From assembly GCA_964424125.1 (NCBI GenBank), contig CAYRHS010000005.1:1-40486 (forward strand): a DNA stretch of 40,486 nt, written 5' to 3'. Shown here piece after piece: positions 20,129 to 28,773 of this stretch. The position numbers and the translations under genes were made by a program. The stretch is from an uncultured Burkholderiales bacterium. Its GTDB lineage: Bacteria > Actinomycetota > Acidimicrobiia > IMCC26256 > JAOSJL01. The notes below the pieces were generated by a model. The model was not told the origin of the DNA. It did not search any database and worked only from the letters and a program-made list of their open reading frames with translations. The stretch's first letter is position 1; every line of letters begins with the position of its first letter.

Positions 20129-20165
20129 TCTGTTCCTCTCCTCCACTCGTCGTCCACCGGCAACG

Positions 20166-21260
20166 CTAGAAGGCGAGTCCCGAACCGCGCAGCTGCGCCA
20201 GTCGGTCGTCGAGCGTGGCCCGGTCCGCGGCGGTGATCGTGACGTGGCCGAGCTTGCGGAGCGGACGGGGCTGTTTGCCGTAGTCGTGGAGGTGCGCTCC
20301 GGCGACGGCATCCACGGTCGCGACATCGGGCACGGCTCCGAGGCAGTTCACCATCGCGGCAGTGCCGGTGATCTCGGTCGGGCCGAGCGGCCAGCCGAGC
20401 ACCGCGCGCACGTGGTTCTCGAACTGGCTCGTGGCTGCGCCTTCGATCGTCCAGTGACCCGAGTTGTGCACGCGGGGCGCCAGCTCGTTCGCGAGTAGCT
20501 CGCCACCGACGTCGAAGAGCTCGACGGCGACGACACCCACGTAGTCGAGCTCGTCGAGAATTGCGCCGACGAGCTCTCGCGCCGCTCGGCTGGTCGCGTC
20601 GCTGACATCGGGCGCAGGTGCGATGCTGCGACGCAGGATTCCGCCCTCGTGCGCGTTCTCGACGAGCGGCCAGGTGCGTGTGGCACCGTCGATGCTGCGA
20701 ACCGCCAGGACGGAGAGCTCGCGGTCGAAGGGCACGAGCGTCTCCGCCAGCACGCGCGCCCCGGTGACGGACTCCCAGGCGACGTCGACGTCCTCCGGCG
20801 TGCGCACGACGGCCTGGCCCTTGCCGTCGTATCCACCCGAGCGTCGCTTCAGTACCGCGGGTAGCCCGACCGCGTCGAGCGCGGGAGCCAGATCGGCGCG
20901 ACCGTCCACGACCGCGAACGCGGGGCTGGCGATGCCGAGTCGGGTGAAGAGCTCCTTCTCCCGGAGCCGGTCCTGGGCCACGTCGAGGGCGGCGGCCGGG
21001 GGTCGGAGCGGTACACGCGTGGCGAGATGACGCGCGGCCGAACCGGGCACGTTCTCGAACTCGTAGGTGGCGACGTCGACGTCGGCCGCGAGCTCGTCGA
21101 GGCGGCCCTCGTCGTCGTAGGCGCCGACGAGCAGTTCGCCGACCGCCCTTGCAGGAGCGTCGGGGGACGGGTCGAGGAACGAGCACCCGACGTCGAGCGC
21201 TCGCGCGGCCTCGCCGAGCATCAGTCCGAGCTGCCCTCCGCCGACGATCCCGAGGCGCAC
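20166..21260 (-). CDS. purK: N5-carboxyaminoimidazole ribonucleotide synthase (ATP-grasp)
   Basis: GIVGGGQLG, TYEFENVP, QDRLREK, GGYDGKGQ, NELAPRVHNSGHWT, YGK..RPLRKLGHVT. Confidence 0.95.
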   Translation of the reverse strand: MRLGIVGGGQLGLMLGEAARALDVGCSFLDPSPDAPARAVGELLVGAYDDEGRLDELAADVDVATYEFENVPGSAARHLATRVPLRPPAAALDVAQDRLREKELFTRLGIASPAFAVVDGRADLAPALDAVGLPAVLKRRSGGYDGKGQAVVRTPEDVDVAWESVTGARVLAETLVPFDRELSVLAVRSIDGATRTWPLVENAHEGGILRRSIAPAPDVSDATSRAARELVGAILDELDYVGVVAVELFDVGGELLANELAPRVHNSGHWTIEGAATSQFENHVRAVLGWPLGPTEITGTAAMVNCLGAVPDVATVDAVAGAHLHDYGKQPRPLRKLGHVTITAADRATLDDRLAQLRGSGLAF

Positions 21261-21268
21261 GGGGCGGC

Positions 21269-21278
21269 ACGGTACAAT
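21269..21278. promoter_or_regulatory. Back-to-back overlapping -10 elements for purK (-) and gltB (+)
   Basis: Plus-strand TACAAT at 21273-21278. Minus-strand TACCGT at 21274-21269, 8 nt from the purK GTG. Confidence 0.5.
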
Positions 21279-21377
21279 GCCGAGCGCGACACCGGCGTCG
21301 CCCCCAACCGATCCCCCGGCTCGTGGGCAACTCACACGTCGGTCGAGCGCCCCGGGCCCCCAGCCAGGAGCCCGCCC

Positions 21378-24300
21378 GTGCGTGCGAACAGCGCCACGCT
21401 CTGCCCCGCACCCCTCGACCGCGGCCGCACCGCGGCCCGCCGCCGGGCCGAGATCGACTCGTGCGGGATCGGATTCGTCGCCGACACCGCCGGGAGTCCG
21501 AGCCGTGACATCGTCGAGCGGGCGCTCACCGGCCTGGCCTGCGTGAAGCACCGAGGCGCGGTCGCCGCCGACGGGCTCTCGGGCGACGGAGCCGGGTTGC
21601 TCGTCCCGATCCCGCGGGAGTTCTTCGCTCGTGTGGCCCGGGACGAGCTGGGTGAGACCGTCGATCACGATCGCGTCGGGGTCGTGACGGCGTTCCTCGA
21701 CCGCGATCGGGACGCGTCTCGGGCCGAGGCGCTCCAGGCCCTGTCGTCCGCCTGTGCCGAGGAGGGCATCAAGCTCGTCGGTTTCCGCAAGGTCCCCACC
21801 GACACCTCGCAGCTGGGCGAGCAAGCCCGAGCCGAGCTCCCGGCCATCGTGCAGGCGATCGTGCAGCGTCCCGAGGGAGTCGGCGACGTCGAGGCGGAGC
21901 GACGCGCTTATCGCGCCCGGTGCCGAGCGGAGCGCCGCTGCGCCGAGGGCGGTGTGCGCCACTACTTCTCGAGCTGGTCGTTCCGGACCGTCACCTACAA
22001 GGCGTTGGTGATCAGCGACCGCCTCGCTGCGTTCTACCCGGACCTCACCGCGCCGGACTTCGCCGCTCCCCTCGCGGTGTTCCACAGCCGCTTCTCGACC
22101 AACACCGATCCCGCGTGGGAGCGCGCACAGCCGTTCCGGCTCATCTGTCACAACGGCGAGATCAACACCATCCGTGGCAACCAGCACCGGATGCTCGCTC
22201 GGGGCCGTCTGGGGACCGAAGAGGTCGGCCTCGGCGAGGAAGCGATGTTCCGGCCCGTGCTCGATCCCGACGACTCGGACTCCGGGAAGGTCGATGCCGC
22301 GGTGGAGCTACTGCTCCGAGGCGGGCGTGACATCCGCCACGCGGTCGCGATGCTCGTGCCGGAAGCATGGGAGGGCCAGCGCGATCTCGATCCCGAGGTG
22401 CGCGACTTCTTCCGCTACCACGCGTGTCTCAGCGAACCGTGGGACGGGCCTGCCGCGATCATCTACACCGACGGGCGGCGCGTGGGGGCGACCCTCGACC
22501 GCAACGGGCTTCGTCCGATGCGCTGGCAGGTGTGCGAGGACGGGATGGTCGTGTGCGCGTCCGAGGTCGGCGCGGTCCCTGTGGACGGCCGCGGGCCGGT
22601 GAAGCGTGGCCGGCTCGGACCCGGCCAGGCGATCTGCGTCGACCCCGACGCGGGCGGAGTACAGCACGACGGCGAGGTCAAGGAGTGGCTCGCGAGCCTC
22701 GCACCGTGGGGCGAGTGGGTGTCCGACGGCCTCGCCTCCTTCTCGGGCGGAGCGCCCATCGAAGCCGTCCCGCCCGAGGACGAGTTCGAGCACCGCCAGC
22801 GCATGCATGGCCTCACCCGGGAGGAGGTGGCCATGGTGCTCAAGCCCATGGCCACCGATGCCAAGGAGCCCACCTTCTCGATGGGCGACGACACTCCCTT
22901 CGCGCCCGTCGCCTCGTTCCCGCGGCCCGTGTTCAACTACTTGAAGCAGCGCTTCGCGCAGGTCTCGAACCCGGCCATCGACCATCTTCGCGAGCGCCTG
23001 GTCATGTCGCTGCGCACGTGTCTCGGCGCCCACGAGCCCTTGCTCACCCAGCATCCCGAGGCGGCACAGCTCCTCGAGCTCCGGTCCTTCTTCCTCTATC
23101 CGTCGGCAGTGGAGGCGTTGCTGCGCAGGGATGCGCCGTTCCCGAGCGTGCGCATCGACGCCACGTTCCCGACGGCTGACGGTCCCGGCGGGCTGGAACG
23201 CGCGCTCGACGGCATCACTGCCGCGGCCGAGGTCGCTGTCGACGCCGGCGCGTCGATTCTCGTGCTCTCGGACTCCGACGCTGGGCCGGAGCGCGCTCCG
23301 GTACCGTCGCTGCTCGTGGTCGGCGCGGTTCACCACGCGCTCATCGACGCCCTGGTGCGTGACGCGACCTCGCTCGTGGTCGACGCGGCTGACGCGCGCG
23401 ACACCCACGCGATGGCCTGCCTGCTCGCCTTCGGCGCGGACGCCGTGTGTCCCCGCACCGCCCTCAAGACCGTGGCCTCGATGGCCGACGAAGGTCAGCT
23501 CGGGGAGCACCCCGCTTCGGAGGCGCAGGCCAACTTCCAGGTCGCGATCGAGGACGGTGTGTTGAAGATCCTCTCCAAGATGGGGATCTCGACGGTGGAC
23601 GGCTACCGCTCCGCGCAGATCTTCGAGGTCCTCGGCCTCGGACCGGACGTGGTCGACCGCTGCCTGCGCGGCGCAGCGTCGACCGTGGGCGGCGTCGGCT
23701 TCGCCAAGCTCGCGGCCGACCTGCTGGTCAACCATGCCGCGGCGTACTCCGTCGAGGCACCGAAGCTCGAGAGCCCGGGGTTCATCCGTCACCGCACCGG
23801 CGGTGAGTACCACGGCAACAATCCCGACGTCGTCGACGCGCTCCACGCCGCGGTCGGAGTCGTCCCCGCCGACGGGGCCCGCGGCGGGCGCAAGAAGCAG
23901 GACGGGAGTGGCAAGCTCGCCACCATCCCGGTTGCCTCCGCCGAAGACCAGGGGAAGGTCATCTACCTCGGCGCCGACGGCGAGCCGGTGCCGCGGGCCG
24001 CCCCCGTCGACGTCCAGGCCGCGCATCTGCTCCAGGACGCAGTCGCCGAAGGTCGGGACGACCTCTACCAGCAATTCAGCCGCCTCGTCACGAACCGTCC
24101 GATCACCGAGGTGCGCGACCTCCTCGAGCTCGTCCCGGTGGGCGAGCCGGTCGCGCTCGAGGAGGTCGAACCGGTCGAGGAGATCACGCGCCGGTTCTCG
24201 ACCGGCGCGATGTCGCACGGCGCGCTCTCGGCCGAGGCGCACGAGACGCTCGCGATCGCGATGAACATGATCGGTGGTCGCAACAACTGCGGCGAGGGCG

Positions 24301-26057
24301 GAGAGGATCCAGCCCGGTTCCGCACGCGGGGAAGCGCGCGCGACCGCAACTCACGGATCAAGCAGATCGCGTCGGGCCGCTTCGGCGTGACGCCCGAGTA
24401 CTGCTCGTTCGCCGACGAGCTCAACATCAAGGTCGCGCAAGGGTCCAAACCTGGTGAGGGGGGCCAGCTCCCGGGTCACAAGGTGAGCCGCGAGATCGCG
24501 CGTCTTCGGCACACCCAGCCCGGCGTGGGGCTCATCTCCCCGCCACCGCACCACGACATCTACTCGATCGAGGACCTTGCGCAGCTCATCTTCGACCTGA
24601 AGCAGGTGAACCCGAGGGCCGAGGTCTCGGTGAAGCTGGTGGCCGAGGAGGGGGTGGGCGTCATCGCCTCAGGGGTGGCCAAGGCGCTCGCGGAAGTGGT
24701 GCAGATCTCGGGTTACAACGGGGGAACGGGCGCGTCATCGCTGTCGTCGATCAAGAACGCGGGGATGCCCTGGGAGCTCGGTCTGGCCGAGACCCACCAG
24801 GCGTTGGCGGAGAACGGGTTGCGCTCCCGCATCAGGGTCCGCGTCGACGGCGGATTCCGCACCGGCCACGACGTCCTGGTCGCGGCGCTACTCGGTGCGG
24901 ACGAGTACTCCTTCGGCACCGCGGCGATGCTGGCGGAAGGTTGCGTGATGGTGCGCGCCTGTCACCGGGACACTTGCCCCACCGGGGTGGCGACGCAGCG
25001 GCCGAACCTCCGCGCCAAGTTCGTGGGGACGCCCGAGGGCGTGGCCACGTACATGGTCTTCATGGCCGAGGAGGTGCGGAGCCTCCTTGCCGGCCTCGGC
25101 TTCCGCTCGCTCGACGAGGCGATCGGGCGCGGCGAATACCTGCGTCAGCGCACGACGGGCGACGCGAACGCGGACGCGATCGACCTCGGGCCGTTGCTGC
25201 GGCCCCCGACCGATCCCGATGCCGCCCGACACTTCGTCTCGACGGTCCCCGTTCAGCGGGCGCGATCACGGCTCGACGCCCGTCTGCTGGACGACGCCTT
25301 CGCCGCCCTCTGGGAAGGCCGAGACCTCGCCCTCGACTACGAGATCCGCAACGCGGACCGGACGGTCGGCGCGTCGCTCGGAGGGGCGATCGGCCTGGAA
25401 TGGGGGAGTCATTTCCCTCCCGGCCGGGTCACGGCGCGGTTCACGGGGTCCGCGGGCCAGAGCTTCGGCGCGTTCCTGGCCGGCGGCGTCCGGCTCGAGC
25501 TCACCGGGGACGCCAACGACTACCTCGGCAAGGGGATGGCTGGTGGCGAGATCGTCGTGCGTGCCCCTGCGCACGACGCCGGCGATCCGGTGCTCGCGGG
25601 CAACACGGTGCTCTACGGCGCCACCAACGGCCGGGTGTTCATCGCCGGGTCGGTCGGCGAGCGGTTCTGTGTCCGCAACTCCGGTGCCACCGCGGTCGTC
25701 GAGGGTGCGGGCGACCACGCCTGCGAGTACATGACGGGTGGCACGGTCATCATCCTCGGGCCGATCGGCTACAACCTCGGCGCGGGCATGACGGGCGGCC
25801 AGGCCTACATTCACGATCCCGACGGGCTGCTCGTGACACGGATGAACCAGCAGCTCGTGGACGCCTACCGTCCTCAGGACACGGCCGAGCTGCGCTTCCT
25901 GCTCGGCCAGCACGCGCAACTCACCGGGTCACCGCGCGCCGCCCACCTGCTCACGCGTTGGGACCAAGTCGAGAGCGACTTCTGGCGAGTGGCCCCGATC
26001 GGCGAGGTCGCCCGCAAGGAGCGCTCGCAGCAGGGAGTCATCGGCGTCGCCGGCTGA
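21378..26057 (+). CDS. gltB: Glutamate synthase large subunit
   Basis: DS|CGIGF (Ntn Cys), HRGA, HSRFSTNT, HNGEINT, EPWDGPA, GAMSHGALS, AQGSKPGEGGQLPG, PPPHHDIYSIEDLAQLI, 3Fe-4S motif CVMVRACHRDTCPTG, GXGXG C-domain. AGGAG RBS before GTG 21378. Confidence 0.97.
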   Translation: MRANSATLCPAPLDRGRTAARRRAEIDSCGIGFVADTAGSPSRDIVERALTGLACVKHRGAVAADGLSGDGAGLLVPIPREFFARVARDELGETVDHDRVGVVTAFLDRDRDASRAEALQALSSACAEEGIKLVGFRKVPTDTSQLGEQARAELPAIVQAIVQRPEGVGDVEAERRAYRARCRAERRCAEGGVRHYFSSWSFRTVTYKALVISDRLAAFYPDLTAPDFAAPLAVFHSRFSTNTDPAWERAQPFRLICHNGEINTIRGNQHRMLARGRLGTEEVGLGEEAMFRPVLDPDDSDSGKVDAAVELLLRGGRDIRHAVAMLVPEAWEGQRDLDPEVRDFFRYHACLSEPWDGPAAIIYTDGRRVGATLDRNGLRPMRWQVCEDGMVVCASEVGAVPVDGRGPVKRGRLGPGQAICVDPDAGGVQHDGEVKEWLASLAPWGEWVSDGLASFSGGAPIEAVPPEDEFEHRQRMHGLTREEVAMVLKPMATDAKEPTFSMGDDTPFAPVASFPRPVFNYLKQRFAQVSNPAIDHLRERLVMSLRTCLGAHEPLLTQHPEAAQLLELRSFFLYPSAVEALLRRDAPFPSVRIDATFPTADGPGGLERALDGITAAAEVAVDAGASILVLSDSDAGPERAPVPSLLVVGAVHHALIDALVRDATSLVVDAADARDTHAMACLLAFGADAVCPRTALKTVASMADEGQLGEHPASEAQANFQVAIEDGVLKILSKMGISTVDGYRSAQIFEVLGLGPDVVDRCLRGAASTVGGVGFAKLAADLLVNHAAAYSVEAPKLESPGFIRHRTGGEYHGNNPDVVDALHAAVGVVPADGARGGRKKQDGSGKLATIPVASAEDQGKVIYLGADGEPVPRAAPVDVQAAHLLQDAVAEGRDDLYQQFSRLVTNRPITEVRDLLELVPVGEPVALEEVEPVEEITRRFSTGAMSHGALSAEAHETLAIAMNMIGGRNNCGEGGEDPARFRTRGSARDRNSRIKQIASGRFGVTPEYCSFADELNIKVAQGSKPGEGGQLPGHKVSREIARLRHTQPGVGLISPPPHHDIYSIEDLAQLIFDLKQVNPRAEVSVKLVAEEGVGVIASGVAKALAEVVQISGYNGGTGASSLSSIKNAGMPWELGLAETHQALAENGLRSRIRVRVDGGFRTGHDVLVAALLGADEYSFGTAAMLAEGCVMVRACHRDTCPTGVATQRPNLRAKFVGTPEGVATYMVFMAEEVRSLLAGLGFRSLDEAIGRGEYLRQRTTGDANADAIDLGPLLRPPTDPDAARHFVSTVPVQRARSRLDARLLDDAFAALWEGRDLALDYEIRNADRTVGASLGGAIGLEWGSHFPPGRVTARFTGSAGQSFGAFLAGGVRLELTGDANDYLGKGMAGGEIVVRAPAHDAGDPVLAGNTVLYGATNGRVFIAGSVGERFCVRNSGATAVVEGAGDHACEYMTGGTVIILGPIGYNLGAGMTGGQAYIHDPDGLLVTRMNQQLVDAYRPQDTAELRFLLGQHAQLTGSPRAAHLLTRWDQVESDFWRVAPIGEVARKERSQQGVIGVAG

Positions 26058-26111
26058 TCCTTGCGTGAGCGTGGTATGTGACGCTTGAGGATCGCATCTA
26101 GCCTGCGTGGT

Positions 26112-27446
26112 ATGGAGATCGAAGTCGGTGAGGTCGCCGAGCTCGTCCAGGCCCTGATCCGCAACCGGTGCGTGAACGACGGCACGCCGGGGTCGGGTCA
26201 GGAAGCCCGTAGCGTCGATCTGATCGCCGGGTACCTCGAGGGTGCCGGCCTCGACCTGGAGCGTTTCGAAGCCCGTCCGGGTCGCGAGAGCCTCGTGACG
26301 CGCATCGAGGGCAGCGACCCCGAAGCGCCGTCGCTGATGCTGCTCGGGCACACCGACGTTGTCCCGGTGAACGAGGACCGCTGGAGCCGCGATCCCTTCG
26401 GTGGGGAGCTGGTCGGCGACGAGCTGTGGGGCCGAGGCGCGATCGACATGTTCAACCTGACGGCCTCGATGGCCGTGGCCACGCGTCGCCTCGCGGTCGC
26501 GGGTTTCCGTCCCCGCGGGACCCTGCTCTATGTCGCCGTCGCCGACGAGGAGGCCTCCGGTCTCTACGGAGCCAAGCACCTGGCCGAGCGCGAGACGGAC
26601 AGCGTCCGTGCCGACTACCTCATCACCGAGTCGGGGGGGTTCCCGATCGACGCCGGCGACGGTGCGGTGACGCTTCCCGCGATCGTGGCCGAGAAGGGGA
26701 CGATGGCCTCACGGCTCCGGGTGACGGGTACTCCCGGCCACGGCTCGATGCCGTACGGGACCGACAACGCGCTCGTCAAGGCCGCCGAGGTGGTCCGGCG
26801 CCTGGACGCCTACCGACCCGCCACGCGCGTCTCGGACCACTGGCGAGACTTCGTCCGGGGCTTCGGGTACCCGCCCGAGCTCACGGAACCGCTCGTCGAC
26901 GAGGACACGCTCGCCGACACCTGCGCGGCGCTCCCGCCCGCGATCGCGAAGCTCGCGTACTCGTGCTGCCACACGACGCTCACGCCGACGGTGCTGCGGG
27001 GAGGCACGAAGCGGAACGTCATCCCCGACGCGGTGGAGATCGAGCTCGACGTCCGGACGCTCCCCGGCGACGACGTCGAATCGGTCGGGGCGGTGATCGA
27101 TGCCGCGCTGGGCGACCTCGCCGACGAGGTCGAGTTCGTTCCGGGCGTCACGATCGCCGCCAGCGAGTCGCCGACCGAGACGCCGTTGTGGGACTCGCTC
27201 GGGCGGGTGGGGCAGCACTTCTACGAGGGTTCGGCCCTGTTGCCCATGCTGATGCCGGGCGCCACCGACGCGCGTCACTTCCGGCCGCTCGGGACGACCT
27301 GCTACGGCTTCGGCATCTACTCGCGCAAGGTCCCGTTGGAGACGCTGGCCACGATGGCGCACGGCGACGACGAACGCGTCGACCTCGAATCGCTGCGGAT
27401 GATCACCGACATGTGGGACGTACTCGTCCACGACTTCCTCGGTTGA
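26112..27446 (+). CDS. M20/M25/M40 family metallo-hydrolase (ArgE/DapE-like)
   Basis: LLGHTDVVP, WGRGAIDM, ADEEA, GHGSMP, NVIP, GATDARHF, AHGDDER. Confidence 0.93.
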   Translation: MEIEVGEVAELVQALIRNRCVNDGTPGSGQEARSVDLIAGYLEGAGLDLERFEARPGRESLVTRIEGSDPEAPSLMLLGHTDVVPVNEDRWSRDPFGGELVGDELWGRGAIDMFNLTASMAVATRRLAVAGFRPRGTLLYVAVADEEASGLYGAKHLAERETDSVRADYLITESGGFPIDAGDGAVTLPAIVAEKGTMASRLRVTGTPGHGSMPYGTDNALVKAAEVVRRLDAYRPATRVSDHWRDFVRGFGYPPELTEPLVDEDTLADTCAALPPAIAKLAYSCCHTTLTPTVLRGGTKRNVIPDAVEIELDVRTLPGDDVESVGAVIDAALGDLADEVEFVPGVTIAASESPTETPLWDSLGRVGQHFYEGSALLPMLMPGATDARHFRPLGTTCYGFGIYSRKVPLETLATMAHGDDERVDLESLRMITDMWDVLVHDFLG

Positions 27447-27489
27447 TCCCTCCCTGGAGCCCGCTCTGCGGGCTCCAGGGAGGCATCAA
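27443..27489. terminator. Strong hairpin between convergent genes (probable bidirectional intrinsic terminator)
   Basis: Perfect 16-bp arms CCTCCCTGGAGCCCGC (27449-27464) and GCGGGCTCCAGGGAGG (27468-27483) with a TCT loop. Extends by TTGAT/ATCAA across one C-C mismatch and overlaps both stop codons. Confidence 0.8.
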
Positions 27490-28748
27490 GTGAACACGAC
27501 GGGGAGGGCTGTCGGGGTCCGGAACGAGGCGCCGGTGATCGTCGGGCGCTCGGCGTCGGGGTCGAAGCGCAGGCCCGGGAGGCGCTCGAGCACGGTCTCC
27601 AGGCAGGCAGCGATCTCCATCCGGGCCAGGTGCATGCCGAGGCACATGTGGACCCCGGTGGCGAACGCCAGGTGCGGGTGACCGGGCCGCGTCACGTCGA
27701 AGCGCTCGGGGTGGTCCCAACGAGTCTCGTCGTGGTTGGCGCCGGCGAGCGACGCGGTCACCGCGGCGCCCTCGGGGATCGGCACCCCGCAGAGCTCGGT
27801 GGCGCGCGTCGTGGTGCGGCCGATCGCCGTGGGCGAGCACTCCCAGCGCAGGCTCTCCTCGACCGCGGCGGGGACGAGGCTGCGGTCGGCCTTGACGGCG
27901 TCGAGCTGGTCGGGGTGGGTGAGCAGGGCGTAGAGCATGTTCGACGAGCCGCGGTAGGTCGTCTCCGCGCCCGCGGGCAGCAGCATGAGCAGGAAGCCGA
28001 CGACTTCGTCGTCGTTCAGGCGCTCACCGTCGACCTCGGAGTGCATGAGCTCGCCGATCACGTCGTCGTGGTGGACGCCACGGCGCATCTCGGCTCGCCG
28101 TTCGGCGATCACTCCGCCGAAGTAGCCGCGCAACGCCTCGGCTCCCCGGATCCCGCGCTCGAGATCGGAGAAGAGGCAGATGACCTCGGCGGCCCGCGCG
28201 TGGAACCAGTGGAGATCGTCGGCGGGCAGACCGAGCACGTCGGCGATGACCATCACCGGGAAGCGGAACGTCAGGTCATCGATGAGATCGGCGCGACCCC
28301 GGGGCGCGATCCCGTCGACGACACGCCGCAGGATCGGTTCGGTGCGCTCGCTCCGCCAGCGTTCGACCGCCTCGCGGCCGAATGTCGGCTGGAGCAGAGC
28401 GCGGTGACGCCGGTGCTCGGGCTCATCCATCGAGACGATCACCTTGCCGAAGACGGCGCCGGTCACCTCGGCGTAGCCCGCGGAGGAGAACGTCTCGTGG
28501 TCGCGCAGCATCGTCGCGACCGCGTCGTACGACACAGCCGCGTACTCGGGTCGATCGCGGCCGAGGTCCCTGCGTAGCGCCGGCACACCGAGCAGGTCCG
28601 GCAACGAACCCTCGTGGACCGGGGCCCGGTCGCGGAGCTCGGCGAGGCGGGGATAGACGTCGCCCACGAGCCCGACTCCGCCGGCGGCGTCGAAGGCCGC
28701 GAACGGGTCCTCGATCTCGTGGACGTCGGGGCGGGCGGTCTCGGCCAT
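27486..28748 (-). CDS. Cytochrome P450
   Basis: I-helix AGAETT, K-helix EESLR, HPERFD, heme-thiolate FATGVHMCLG. Confidence 0.96.
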   Translation of the reverse strand: MAETARPDVHEIEDPFAAFDAAGGVGLVGDVYPRLAELRDRAPVHEGSLPDLLGVPALRRDLGRDRPEYAAVSYDAVATMLRDHETFSSAGYAEVTGAVFGKVIVSMDEPEHRRHRALLQPTFGREAVERWRSERTEPILRRVVDGIAPRGRADLIDDLTFRFPVMVIADVLGLPADDLHWFHARAAEVICLFSDLERGIRGAEALRGYFGGVIAERRAEMRRGVHHDDVIGELMHSEVDGERLNDDEVVGFLLMLLPAGAETTYRGSSNMLYALLTHPDQLDAVKADRSLVPAAVEESLRWECSPTAIGRTTTRATELCGVPIPEGAAVTASLAGANHDETRWDHPERFDVTRPGHPHLAFATGVHMCLGMHLARMEIAACLETVLERLPGLRFDPDAERPTITGASFRTPTALPVVFT

Positions 28749-28773
28749 CGCTGCTCCTCGCCCTTCCCGCGGG

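Noticed and set aside
21261-21360. ZTP (pfl) riboswitch upstream of purK, or glnA glutamine riboswitch upstream of gltB
   Set aside because: The hallmark segments (GACUGGCG...CGCCUGGG; CGUUCA...GGAAG) were not seen on either strand.
20166-22187. 673-aa PurK with an N-terminal extra domain; also the GltB start at 21027
   Set aside because: Both extensions run antisense through the neighbouring gene and contain no recognisable domain.
23844-24029. Intein in GltB
   Set aside because: Too short, and lacks the N-terminal Cys/Ser and C-terminal His-Asn splice motifs.
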